Counted from the first letter of the stretch, positions 44,290 to 53,905 are shown. The stretch is DNA of 64,000 nt from an uncultured Anaerolineaceae bacterium (GCA_964586385.1 CAZPIM010000001.1:24710-88709), one strand, 5' to 3'. The notes: a model not told the origin generated them from the sequence alone. A program made the numbers and translations.

Positions 44290-44574
44290 ATGCGTAATTA
44301 CGAATTGCTCGTTGTCTTACAACCAGATCTCGATGAAACATCTTTTACAGATATCACGAAAAAAATTGATGGTTGGGTAACAGAAGCAGGTGGTAAAGTC
44401 GAAAAAACCGATAATTGGGGAAAACGGCGTCTAGCTTACCACATTCGAAAACAACGTGAAGGTCAATATGTTTTGTTCTTACTGACCTTACAACCATCAT
44501 TTACCACCGAGTTAGAACGCAATTTGCGTTTCTTAGAACCGGTAATGCGCCATATGATCACGTTGGTAGATTAG
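44290..44574 (+). CDS. rpsF: 30S ribosomal protein S6
   Basis: The start was moved to the ATG at 44290 (MRNYELLVVLQPDL...), behind AGGAGG. The product is 94 aa. Confidence 0.95.
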   Translation: MRNYELLVVLQPDLDETSFTDITKKIDGWVTEAGGKVEKTDNWGKRRLAYHIRKQREGQYVLFLLTLQPSFTTELERNLRFLEPVMRHMITLVD

Positions 44575-44627
44575 TTTTATTGTTTAGAAGTTGTTGGTTA
44601 TTTTCGAATTTTTTTTCGGGAGTTTTT

Positions 44628-45023
44628 ATGGGTCGTGGATTAAATAAAGTGATGATTATTGGTCAACTCGGCCGTGATCCAGAAATGAGGTTTACTCCTT
44701 CGGGTAGACCTGTCACAACATTTACAATTGCCTGTAATCGCACCTGGAGTTCTGCAGATGGTGAACGCCATGTTGAAACCGAATGGTTCAACATTGTTAC
44801 ATGGGGAAACCTGGCAGAAATTTGCAAACAATTTTTATCCCGAAATCAACAGGTTTACATTGAAGGAAGATTGCAATCCCGCAGATGGGAAGATTCCGAA
44901 GGATGTAAACACACAAGCATGGAAATCGTTGCTACCGAAATGATGATTCTGGGTGATCGCAAAGAAAATAACCATCATATTACTTCGTCTGAATTTGAAA
45001 TAAATGAGAATTACCCTTTTTAG
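44628..45023 (+). CDS. ssb: Single-stranded DNA-binding protein
   Basis: The start was moved to the ATG at 44628 (MGRGLNKVMIIGQLGRDPEMRFTPSGRPV...). It has an OB fold and a C-terminal tip ...NENYPF, where the usual acidic tip ends in IPF. Confidence 0.95.
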   Translation: MGRGLNKVMIIGQLGRDPEMRFTPSGRPVTTFTIACNRTWSSADGERHVETEWFNIVTWGNLAEICKQFLSRNQQVYIEGRLQSRRWEDSEGCKHTSMEIVATEMMILGDRKENNHHITSSEFEINENYPF

Positions 45024-45035
45024 GAGACTCCAAAA

Positions 45036-45314
45036 ATGACAAATGAAAATGGTCAACTTCGAAAAGGTCCTGTTGGTGGAAATCGCCGAACATTTGCTCC
45101 TCGTCCAAAAATATGTCAATTTTGTGTCGAAAAAGACACCAAAATTAACTATAAAGATATTGACTTATTACGTCGATATGTAATGGAAGATGGGAAAATT
45201 CGTCCACGACGCCAAACAGGCACCTGTGCAAAACACCAACGCGAACTTGCCGGTGCTATTAAAAGAGCACGAATGGTAGCATTGTTGCCTTTTGTTAATA
45301 CAATTGACGATTAA
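45036..45314 (+). CDS. rpsR: 30S ribosomal protein S18
   Basis: 92 aa. It contains [23 protein letters not shown]...[19 protein letters not shown]. Confidence 0.95.
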   Translation: MTNENGQLRKGPVGGNRRTFAPRPKICQFCVEKDTKINYKDIDLLRRYVMEDGKIRPRRQTGTCAKHQRELAGAIKRARMVALLPFVNTIDD

Positions 45315-45393
45315 ATTATTCATCATCGAATAAATCATGGCATGGAGTGGTTTGCCACCCATGCCAATTTTTAATACCTTTTAGAGGTAACAT

Positions 45394-46665
45394 ATGACCA
45401 AAGAACAATCACCAAAAATCATCACCAAAAAACACAAAGCCCGTCTTGAAAGAGAACAAATTCAACGAAGAAGAATTCTCATTGTAGCATCCGTAATTGC
45501 TGCATTGATTATTATCGTTTTGATCTATGGCGTTCTCGATCAAACAGTGCTTAAAGCACAAAAAGCAGTCGCAAAAGTGGGCGATCAGTCCATCCGGAGC
45601 GATGAATTTATCAAGCAAGTCAAATTTCAACGCTATCAATTAAACCAACAAGCCCTTCAATATCAAAGTTTAAAACAAATATTTGGCACTGATTCAGAAA
45701 ACACTTCATATATTGACAGTTTACTATTGCAAATTCAAACCCAAATGGATGACAAAGAGACTCTCGGTAGTAGTGTTCTGGATAACATGATCAACGATAT
45801 TATTATTACAAATTATGCAAATTTAAATAATATAACAGTAAGTGATATTGAAGTCGATGAAGCATTTCAGGAGAATTTTGGTTTCTATCCGAATGGTACT
45901 CCAACACCTGAGAACACTGTAGCCCCGGTTGCAACATCGACTCTTAATCCAACCCAACAGGCAATCATTCCAGCAACGCCAACATCTGAGCCGACACCTA
46001 CAACCCAGGAACCTACACCTACAGAAGAACCGGTAGATTCGACACCAGTTGCTACTTCAACACCGCAAGCTACTGCAACCCTCTATACTAAAGAAGGATA
46101 TGATGCTCAGTTTCAAGAGATGGTCGATAATTATACGAGTATCGATTTTTCAAAAACCGATCTTCTCAAGTTGATGAAAAATCAATTGTTGGGAACAAAA
46201 GTGTATGAAACGATTACCAAAGATGTCCCAACAGAAGAAGAACAAGTTTGGGCACGACATATCCTGGTTGCAACAATCGAAGAAGCACTGGCTGTCAAAC
46301 AGCGACTGGATAATGGTGAAGATTTTGCGACAATTGCTGCGGAATTATCCATTGATACCAGCAACAAATTGACCGGTGGTGACTTGGGTTGGTTTGGACG
46401 CGGAAAAATGGTCACGGAATTTGAAGATGCTGCATTTGCAATGACAATCGGTGAGATTAGCAGTCCCGTTCAGACCACATCTGGTTTCCATATTATTCAA
46501 CTCATTGGCAAGGAAATTCGACCATTAAGTTCAACAGATCTTGATTCGAAGAAAGCAGCTGCATTTAGCGAATGGTTAACAGCTGAAAAAGAAAATGTAA
46601 CAATTGAAAAATATGATTCTGTCTGGAAAGCAGTTGTTCCTTCTGAACCAGCATTTGGACAATAA
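45394..46665 (+). CDS. Membrane-anchored parvulin-type peptidyl-prolyl isomerase (PrsA/SurA-like)
   Basis: 423 aa. It has an N-terminal TM helix, a Thr/Pro-rich linker, and a PpiC domain (ARHILV...GGDLGWFGRGKMVTEFEDAAF...SGFHIIQL). Confidence 0.85.
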   Translation: MTKEQSPKIITKKHKARLEREQIQRRRILIVASVIAALIIIVLIYGVLDQTVLKAQKAVAKVGDQSIRSDEFIKQVKFQRYQLNQQALQYQSLKQIFGTDSENTSYIDSLLLQIQTQMDDKETLGSSVLDNMINDIIITNYANLNNITVSDIEVDEAFQENFGFYPNGTPTPENTVAPVATSTLNPTQQAIIPATPTSEPTPTTQEPTPTEEPVDSTPVATSTPQATATLYTKEGYDAQFQEMVDNYTSIDFSKTDLLKLMKNQLLGTKVYETITKDVPTEEEQVWARHILVATIEEALAVKQRLDNGEDFATIAAELSIDTSNKLTGGDLGWFGRGKMVTEFEDAAFAMTIGEISSPVQTTSGFHIIQLIGKEIRPLSSTDLDSKKAAAFSEWLTAEKENVTIEKYDSVWKAVVPSEPAFGQ

Positions 46666-46674
46666 AAAAATTAT

Positions 46675-46708
46675 GAAAAAAAGTGAGCTAAATGCTCACT
46701 TTTTTTTT
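46675..46708. terminator. Bidirectional intrinsic terminator between the PPIase gene (+) and smc (-)
   Basis: AGTGAGC (46682-46688) pairs with GCTCACT (46694-46700). It is flanked by an A-run and a T-run, and the smc stop codon lies within the T-run. Confidence 0.8.
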
Positions 46709-49700
46709 ACTTAATCATCTCTTCACTGATCTCATCCAGTTTCAATGAAATCATCTGGCTGGTTGAATCACGCCCCATTGTGATTCCATAAATAACATCA
46801 GCCACCTGCACTGTATTTCGATTGTGAGTGATCACAATAAATTGGATTGTCTGGCTGAGTTCTTTGAGCAAATCACAGAATCGTCCGACATTTGATTCGT
46901 CCAGTGCAGCATCGACCTCATCCAAAACGCAAAATGGTGTAGGGGAAACTTTTAACAAAGCAAAAATTAATGCCACTGCTGTCAAACTTCGTTCACCACC
47001 AGATAATAGGGATAATCCCTGTTCACGCCTGCCAGGTAAACGTGCTTCAATGTCAATTCCTGTGTTATTAAAGTTCTCTTCATCCGTTAAGTATAATTTT
47101 GCTGAACCACCACCAAAAAGTTGAGAAAAGATATCTCTAAATTCAATCGAAACAGCATCAAAGGTCTTTTTAAATTCTTTTTGCATTAATTCATCGAGTT
47201 CAGCGATCACTTGTCTTAGGTCTTCATCTGCTTTTCTTAAATCCGCAACTTGTTCCGTCATAAATTCAAATCGTTCTTTTACGGAGGTAAATTCCTCGTC
47301 TGCATCCGGATTAATGGGACCAATTCTTCGTAAGTGCGCTCTTTTACGGGCGATATTTTCCTCTAATTCAGGATCGATATTTTCCAAACTCGGCAGTTGT
47401 TCCACGAGACCGACCAGAGGAAGTGGATTGGGACCGCTCATATCGGAAGAATATTCGAATTCAACAAGTCCAAAATCCTCTTCAATTCTTCTTTGCAAAT
47501 TTTCCAAAGTATCTTTATTTCTGGAAAATTCTAATTGTGTTTGAGAAACATAGCGTTCAGCGATGGATACGCCTTGTTGTGCATTAGCTTGTTCTTCCTG
47601 CAAACTCGCATAGCTGTTTTCCAATAACCTGAGTTTTTGCTCGGAAGGAGATATACGGTTTTGGAATTCTTCGATCTTTACCTGTATTTCTTGTTCTCTC
47701 GCATGCAATAACGCTTTTTGATCTTCCAGTTCTTCCGAATTCAAACTTAAATCTTCCAGACGCCGGGTGAGGATATTTTCCCGTTGCAAATCTGCATTTA
47801 AAAGTTGTTCATATTCGTTCACACGTTTTAAGGATTCATTTGCGGTCCGTTCAGCAACTACAGAATTTGTTCGCCAGTGAACCAAATCTGATTGCAATTC
47901 ATCGACCGGCAATCCGTCTAATTGCTGGTTTACCTCACGTACTTGAATTCTTGCAGCATCAATATTCTTGTCAATTGCAGATAATTCTTGAACCACCTTT
48001 TCGAATAATTGTTCACTGTTCGTAATTTGCTGACTGATCAAATGTGCTTGTGTTTTAAGCCATTCATTTTTTTGCTTTGCCTGTTCATAAAGAAGATTTG
48101 ATTGGTGAACGATCTTCATTTTTTCTTGAACATTGCGATCAATACTTTGGAGGTCGGTTCTTAATTTCTGAATTTGATTTCTTTTTTGAGTAAGTTCTTT
48201 TTCATTTTGATTTGAATTTTTTTGTGCGGATTCAATTAATGTATGGATCTGATCCAACGATTCCTGTAATTCTTTTTTCTGACGCGGGCGTGAAATTACC
48301 ATGGAACGGTTTTCCCGACCTGCAATAACCGATCCGCTACCAAAAAATATTTCACCACTTAAAGTAACAATCCGGCCATAGGTTGGTAATTTCTTTATCA
48401 TCGACTGAGCAGTTTTTCGATCTTCAACAATGATCGTGTTTTGCAAAAGAATTTGAATCGCGGATTGAATTTTTTTGTCAGATTTTATAAGGTCTGCAGC
48501 CCGACCTAATATATTTTCATTATTCCCAAATTCTATCTTTTCCTGATTTTTCAACAAAGCCAGAGGCATGATGACTGCCCTGCCTTGATCCTCAATGGAT
48601 AAAAGCTGCATTGCCGCATCTGGGTCTGACTCATCAAGTAATATCACCGCATCCAGGAACTCACCCAAAGCTGCACTGATTGCAGATTCGAATTTTTTTG
48701 GTACTTCAATTGAATTGCTGATCGGTAAATACTTTCCTGGAATACGCCCACTTTTAGAAGCATTGATAATCGTTTTTGCTCCCTGGTTTAACCCGGCTAA
48801 AGATGAATCCGCTTGTGTTAATACTTCTATTTGTGCAATTAAACGGGCTTGTTCAGAATGTAATTTTGTGATTTCCTTTTGGGCAATTTGATTTTTTTCC
48901 TCAATTGCATTAATTTCTTTATTTAATTGAGAAAGTAATAACTCAATTTTCTGTCTTTCTTCTTTTTCCTCAGATTCGTTTGTCCCAAGAGCATCAAATT
49001 TCTGTTTCGCATCAACAAATACTTTGATGGATGATGTCTGATCATTTTCAATTTTTTCAAAATTGTTTTTTAAGGTCGTAATTCTTTCATTCAGTTCATT
49101 CTTTTTCGCTTGTAATTCAACGGATTTAGTTTCCAATTGAACTAATTCCCGCCTTTTTTCCCTTACATTTTTTTCTATTTTTTCACGTTCTAGATTACGG
49201 GTTTCCAGAAGTTTTTGGGAGTTTTTCATTTGAAGGTTCGCTTCTTGAAAATCCTTCAAGGTTTGCTCATACTCATTTTTCAAACGAGTAATGGTAAGTT
49301 TTCTTTCTTTTATTTCTTCTTCCGTCCGAACAAGATCGGATTGTAGATTGATTTTCTGCGTCATAGCAGATCTCTGACGCTCATCTAAAACTGCCAATTC
49401 TTTACTGACTAATTCCCTGTTTTTATGATGATCAGCGGAAAGGGCATGCCAATCATTTAATTGAGTCCGAATTTCGTGCAATTCTTTTCGTAATGTAGAA
49501 ATTTGGACATCAAATTTTTCATAAGTCTCCCGGGATGAAGCTAATCTGGATTCTCTTTCCAGTAATTGCTTCTTCGATTGTAAAATATCCTTTTGCGCAT
49601 TATGCCAATGAAATCCATACCATTCCCGTAACAATACCTGTAAATCAGCCTGAATTGTTTTGAACTCAATAAATCTGCGAGCCTGACGTTCAAGACTTCT

Positions 49701-50312
49701 TAGCCTCGGTTCCAATTCACTTAAAATATCCTTCACCCGCTCTAAATTATGTCGCGTTTGTTCCAAACGGTTTAATGCTTCTTCTCTTCTGGTTCGATAT
49801 AATCCGATCCCAGCTGCCTCTTCGAAAAATTTTCTGCGTTCTTCCGGCCGAATTGATAAAGCAGAATCTACTAGACCCTGACCAATTAGCGTGTACGTAC
49901 GTTCAGCCAAACCGGATTGGGCAAATAATTCCTGGATATCTCTCAATCGAATTCTTTGGCCATTAAGAAGATATTCATTCTGGCCGTCCCGATAAGCTCT
50001 TCGGGTTACTGACACTTCCGTGAAGTCGATTGGCAACCAATTATCTTCGTTATCAAATGTGATTGTGGAGGAAGCCATGCCGGCTCTCGGACGTGTTTCA
50101 GAACCAATAAAAATCATATCTTCAGTTTTCTTACCTCTTAACAAGCGATAGGATTGCTCACCTAAAACCCACCGGATAGCATCAGCTATGTTGGATTTGC
50201 CGGAACCATTCGGACCTACAATCGCTGTAATTTTTCCGGGAAATTCAAAACTGGTTTTACTCGCAAAAGTCTTATAGCCATGCAATTCAAGATTTTTTAA
50301 ATGGGAATTCAT
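46707..50312 (-). CDS. smc: Chromosome partition protein SMC
   Basis: 1201 aa. It has Walker A GPNGSGKSN, long coiled coils, a hinge, the signature LSGGERSL, and Walker B VLDEVDAALD. Confidence 0.97.
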   Translation of the reverse strand: MNSHLKNLELHGYKTFASKTSFEFPGKITAIVGPNGSGKSNIADAIRWVLGEQSYRLLRGKKTEDMIFIGSETRPRAGMASSTITFDNEDNWLPIDFTEVSVTRRAYRDGQNEYLLNGQRIRLRDIQELFAQSGLAERTYTLIGQGLVDSALSIRPEERRKFFEEAAGIGLYRTRREEALNRLEQTRHNLERVKDILSELEPRLRSLERQARRFIEFKTIQADLQVLLREWYGFHWHNAQKDILQSKKQLLERESRLASSRETYEKFDVQISTLRKELHEIRTQLNDWHALSADHHKNRELVSKELAVLDERQRSAMTQKINLQSDLVRTEEEIKERKLTITRLKNEYEQTLKDFQEANLQMKNSQKLLETRNLEREKIEKNVREKRRELVQLETKSVELQAKKNELNERITTLKNNFEKIENDQTSSIKVFVDAKQKFDALGTNESEEKEERQKIELLLSQLNKEINAIEEKNQIAQKEITKLHSEQARLIAQIEVLTQADSSLAGLNQGAKTIINASKSGRIPGKYLPISNSIEVPKKFESAISAALGEFLDAVILLDESDPDAAMQLLSIEDQGRAVIMPLALLKNQEKIEFGNNENILGRAADLIKSDKKIQSAIQILLQNTIIVEDRKTAQSMIKKLPTYGRIVTLSGEIFFGSGSVIAGRENRSMVISRPRQKKELQESLDQIHTLIESAQKNSNQNEKELTQKRNQIQKLRTDLQSIDRNVQEKMKIVHQSNLLYEQAKQKNEWLKTQAHLISQQITNSEQLFEKVVQELSAIDKNIDAARIQVREVNQQLDGLPVDELQSDLVHWRTNSVVAERTANESLKRVNEYEQLLNADLQRENILTRRLEDLSLNSEELEDQKALLHAREQEIQVKIEEFQNRISPSEQKLRLLENSYASLQEEQANAQQGVSIAERYVSQTQLEFSRNKDTLENLQRRIEEDFGLVEFEYSSDMSGPNPLPLVGLVEQLPSLENIDPELEENIARKRAHLRRIGPINPDADEEFTSVKERFEFMTEQVADLRKADEDLRQVIAELDELMQKEFKKTFDAVSIEFRDIFSQLFGGGSAKLYLTDEENFNNTGIDIEARLPGRREQGLSLLSGGERSLTAVALIFALLKVSPTPFCVLDEVDAALDESNVGRFCDLLKELSQTIQFIVITHNRNTVQVADVIYGITMGRDSTSQMISLKLDEISEEMIK

Positions 50313-51079
50313 TTACTCAACTCTCTTTTACGAAAATTATCTTTAATCATTGAATCTTTATCTAAAAGTATTCCTAAATTAACTAATGCGAGATGAGCTG
50401 CTGCTTTCGCTGCAGCCTGTTTACTTTGCCCACTTCCAGAGCCATAAGGTTTCCCCTCAATAATCACTTCAACTTCAAATATTTTCGAATGATCAGGTCC
50501 AAAGGAATTCTTAGTCTGGTACTGCGGAGCTGGGTACCCCTGTGACTGTGCCCATTCCTGAAAAAGACTTTTCGGATCTTCATTTTTATTATTTTCCAAA
50601 ATATCTTCGGCTGCATCAATTAGTAATTGCTCAATTAATTGATTTACTGCAGGAATTCCCCCATCAAGATATAACGCACCAATCAGTGCCTCAAAAGTAT
50701 CACAAAGTAATGCCGGTCTGGTTCTTCCGCCAGCTTGTGCCTCACCTCTGCCCAATCGCATTGACCTGCCAAGATCAATTTTCACAGCAAATTCCGCCAG
50801 TTGTTCTGTGTGAACTAATGCAGACCGCATGCGAGTCAGATCACCTTCAGGCATTTCCGGGTAGCGATGATACAACCATGCACCTACGACAAAATCCAGG
50901 ACTGCATCGCCTAAGAATTCCAGTCTTTCATTGTCTTCTAACGCTTCCGGATGTTCATTCAAATACGATCGATGCGTAAGAGCTCTGCTTAATAATAACC
51001 AATCGCCTATTTGAAGATTTAATCGTTCAGCTAATTCCTGGGGGCTCTCCAATTTAGGAGCCTGAGAATCAATTTTCAT
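50309..51079 (-). CDS. rnc: Ribonuclease III
   Basis: 256 aa. It has the signature ERLEFLGDAVL and a C-terminal dsRBD. There is an ATGA overlap with smc, and a GGAGGG RBS. Confidence 0.95.
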   Translation of the reverse strand: MKIDSQAPKLESPQELAERLNLQIGDWLLLSRALTHRSYLNEHPEALEDNERLEFLGDAVLDFVVGAWLYHRYPEMPEGDLTRMRSALVHTEQLAEFAVKIDLGRSMRLGRGEAQAGGRTRPALLCDTFEALIGALYLDGGIPAVNQLIEQLLIDAAEDILENNKNEDPKSLFQEWAQSQGYPAPQYQTKNSFGPDHSKIFEVEVIIEGKPYGSGSGQSKQAAAKAAAHLALVNLGILLDKDSMIKDNFRKRELSK

Positions 51080-51215
51080 ACACCCTCCAAGAACTTATGG
51101 TGCGTTAACCACCTCAATCAGCTGAATCAAGTAGTTTACGCTCCACCAGTTCCAATCATGTTTAATTAAATTATATTTGAATTATTCAACTTGGTACCAA
51201 TAAATAAGAAACTTA

Positions 51216-51914
51216 TCATTCTCCTTTTCTTGGGAGATAATCTCCTTCAACCCATGTTTCTCCGTTTGGACCAATTTCTTTTTTCCAAACTGGCACAATT
51301 TCTTTAATGCGATCAATGCCATACTTGGCAGCTTCAAAAATACCAGAATTTCGATGACCTGAAGTACATATTACAACAACAGTCGGTGTTCCGGCATCCA
51401 TATACCCAATTCTTTGGATTAAAACAATTGTTTGAACATCCAACCATTTATTCCGGATCTCGGATGCAATTTGTTCCATTTTTGAAATTGCCATGGGACG
51501 ATATGATTCATACTCAAGACCGATTGTTTCATATTCTTTTTTGCCGTGAGTTTCACCTCGAATAATCCCGGTAAAAATTGCTGCCGCACCGGTGCTTTTT
51601 CTGGTTGATTCTTCTAAAAGCTTGTTGATGTCAATCGGTTGATCAGATATTTCTATGATAGTATCTGCACTTCCACCACTTACTGGGGGGAAAAATGCAA
51701 TTTCCGCCTGGTCAGGAATAATGTCATCCTTAAATGCAAATTGTTGATTTATGGAAACAATGACATTTGGTAAAACTTCAACCAGATTTGGATATTGTTT
51801 TGTGATTAAATTTCTTAATTCTTCTACATTCAATCTTTCAGGAACTTCCATTTCCATCCTTGGAAATGGAACATAATCTTTTAATTTCGCGAAATATAGC
51901 ACAGAAATTTTCAT
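51216..51914 (-). CDS. Molybdopterin synthase MoaD-MoaE fusion protein
   Basis: 232 aa. Residues 1-81 look like MoaD and end in FFPPVSGG (GG codons at 51672-51677). A MoaE domain follows directly (GAAAIFTGIIRGE..., VPVWKKE). Confidence 0.85.
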   Translation of the reverse strand: MKISVLYFAKLKDYVPFPRMEMEVPERLNVEELRNLITKQYPNLVEVLPNVIVSINQQFAFKDDIIPDQAEIAFFPPVSGGSADTIIEISDQPIDINKLLEESTRKSTGAAAIFTGIIRGETHGKKEYETIGLEYESYRPMAISKMEQIASEIRNKWLDVQTIVLIQRIGYMDAGTPTVVVICTSGHRNSGIFEAAKYGIDRIKEIVPVWKKEIGPNGETWVEGDYLPRKGE

Positions 51915-51941
51915 AATTTACCTATAAGAGTAAAACATAAA

Positions 51942-52424
51942 TTAATCATTAAAAACATCACCACTTTTTCCTCCTCGTTTTTCCACGAGGCGAATATTTT
52001 CAATATGGGCAGTTTTTTCAACAGCTTTTACCATATCATAGATTGTTAATGCCGATACAGCAACTGCGGTTAATGCCTCCATTTCGACACCAGTCTGGCC
52101 GAAAGTTTTTACAATAGATTCAATATTTACGATGGGTAAATCGTCATCGATTTGAAGTGAAACCTGAATTTGTGTTATTGCCAATGGGTGACAAAGAGGA
52201 ATTAATTCAGATGTCTTTTTTGCGGCTTGAATACCTGCAATTTGAGCAACAGTTAAAACATCACCTTTTTTCATCAAGCCAGCTCGTATCATCTCAACCG
52301 TTTCGGGTTTCAGAACAACCTGACCTTTCGCCTTCGCGATACGCTCGGTAGGAGCTTTTTGGCCAACATCTACCATGAAGGCGTTTCCGTCATTGTCGAT
52401 ATGTGTAAGATTTTTATCTGCCAT
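51942..52424 (-). CDS. moaC: Cyclic pyranopterin monophosphate synthase accessory protein MoaC
   Basis: 160 aa. It contains KGDVLTVAQIAGIQAAKKTSELIPLCHPL and GVEMEALTAV. Confidence 0.95.
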   Translation of the reverse strand: MADKNLTHIDNDGNAFMVDVGQKAPTERIAKAKGQVVLKPETVEMIRAGLMKKGDVLTVAQIAGIQAAKKTSELIPLCHPLAITQIQVSLQIDDDLPIVNIESIVKTFGQTGVEMEALTAVAVSALTIYDMVKAVEKTAHIENIRLVEKRGGKSGDVFND

Positions 52425-52484
52425 ACAGAAATTTTAACATCACCAGTGGTTTCATGCAATCCATTGACCATGGATTGAAAAGAT

Positions 52485-53300
52485 TTGCTTTATTCTGCTA
52501 TAATTGCGATCGTGAGTTTCCAGGTCGCAGGCTATCAATCCGAAGGTTATCTGATCGATACAGAGGTATATCAAGGCCCTCTTGATTTATTATTGGAATT
52601 AATCGAGAAAGCCGAATTGGATATCACCAAACTTGCTTTAGCCCAAGTTACCGATCAATATTTGGATTACATGCATCATCTCCAATCAGAAAACCCTGCA
52701 GAAGTATCTGCTTTTTTAGTTATTGCATCTCGGCTATTACAGATAAAATCTCTGGCATTATTACCAAGGCAAGCTGACATCTCCGGTGAGGAAGAAGAAG
52801 ACCCGGGTGAAGCTTTAGCCAGGCAATTGATTCTTTACAAACGATTTAAAGAAATTGCAAACCTACTAGCAGAGAGAGAAATTGAAGGATTAAAAACTTA
52901 CCTTCGCATGGCACCACCACCAAAATTGAATATTCAACCTAAATTGGATATCTCAGACCTGACCCTGGATCAATTAATTCAAGCTGCAAATGAAATATTA
53001 AAAACAAAACAAAACCTGGCTAATCTGGATTCGGTCGTTAATCTGCCCCGCATCACCATTCGTGAGCGTATTCAATCGATATTATCGATGATTAGTTATG
53101 ATCAAAAAAGCTCATTCAATTTATTGCTTGGAAACAAATATTCCCGGGTCGAAATCGTTGTGACTTTTTTGGCGCTACTCGAACTTGTTAAAAGACATAT
53201 TTTAGTCGCTAAACAAGATTCTCTATTTGGAAATATCGAACTTGCCCACCAGGAGAACAACGAATTTGCCCCAGATGATGAAATCGAGTTTGAAGAGTAG
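52485..53300 (+). CDS. scpA: Segregation and condensation protein A (kleisin)
   Basis: 271 aa. It contains YQGPLDLLLELIEKAELDITKLALAQVTDQYL and the C-terminal winged-helix sequence VVTFLALLELVK. The start is uncertain: the TTG at 52485 or a GTG at 52513. Confidence 0.85.
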   Translation: MLYSAIIAIVSFQVAGYQSEGYLIDTEVYQGPLDLLLELIEKAELDITKLALAQVTDQYLDYMHHLQSENPAEVSAFLVIASRLLQIKSLALLPRQADISGEEEEDPGEALARQLILYKRFKEIANLLAEREIEGLKTYLRMAPPPKLNIQPKLDISDLTLDQLIQAANEILKTKQNLANLDSVVNLPRITIRERIQSILSMISYDQKSSFNLLLGNKYSRVEIVVTFLALLELVKRHILVAKQDSLFGNIELAHQENNEFAPDDEIEFEE

Positions 53301-53318
53301 CCAATATATTATTAACTA

Positions 53319-53861
53319 TTATTCTTTGAGAAAGAGATCTTCCGTTACCATTTCATAAGGAAGACGATTACTTAACCAAACAATCATTAAACTCACATCG
53401 TCATCTGAATTTGCACTGTCTGTATGTTTTTCCCTGAATTCATTGGTTAATAATTCAAAAGAATCTTTAGCTGGCCACTTAATCAAAAACCCAGGCAGCT
53501 TACTTCGATCAGCATCTACCGGCAATATGATCCAGCCACGTTCGGTCAACATTTGAAAAACTGACTTTGCCAAATCCAGATTTAATTCTGCCCAGGCAGC
53601 TAATATTTCAGATGCAAATTTTGCTGATTTTTCAAATACAGTTGAACTCTCACGACTTTTTATTCCAATTGGTGCTTGGCTACTATCCCGAAAGCCTTGA
53701 ATTTTCACTAATTTCTTAATCTCAGAATTAATTGATTTTTGACGGAAATTTGGGAGAGATTCAAAACTTGAGAATACCGACTTAATTACCACTTTTCGAT
53801 ATTCCGGTAACATAAATTCGTTGATTGCATTAAAAGGTAAATATTCAATTTTTTCATTCAT
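53319..53861 (-). CDS. Hypothetical protein (orphan)
   Basis: 180-aa intact ORF on its own between scpA and the aldo/keto reductase gene. I recognise no motif, and no TM helix is apparent. Confidence 0.5.
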   Translation of the reverse strand: MNEKIEYLPFNAINEFMLPEYRKVVIKSVFSSFESLPNFRQKSINSEIKKLVKIQGFRDSSQAPIGIKSRESSTVFEKSAKFASEILAAWAELNLDLAKSVFQMLTERGWIILPVDADRSKLPGFLIKWPAKDSFELLTNEFREKHTDSANSDDDVSLMIVWLSNRLPYEMVTEDLFLKE

Positions 53862-53905
53862 AGAGATGAATTATAACGAAAATCTTAAATATGGGAATAT
53901 CAATA

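Noticed and set aside
46707-50312. SMC-family ATPase as a possible Wadjet- or Lamassu-type defence component.
   Set aside because: At 1201 aa with a canonical hinge, ATGA-coupled to rnc and with scpA nearby, this is the housekeeping condensin. No JetA/B/D-like or Lamassu partner genes are present.
51177-51189. Small palindromes in intergenic DNA as operator sites, such as TTGAAT-T-ATTCAA at 51177-51189 and CCTTTAAAGG near 19640.
   Set aside because: Short AT-rich palindromes are expected by chance in low-GC intergenic DNA. They have no repeated copies and no positional relationship to a clear promoter.
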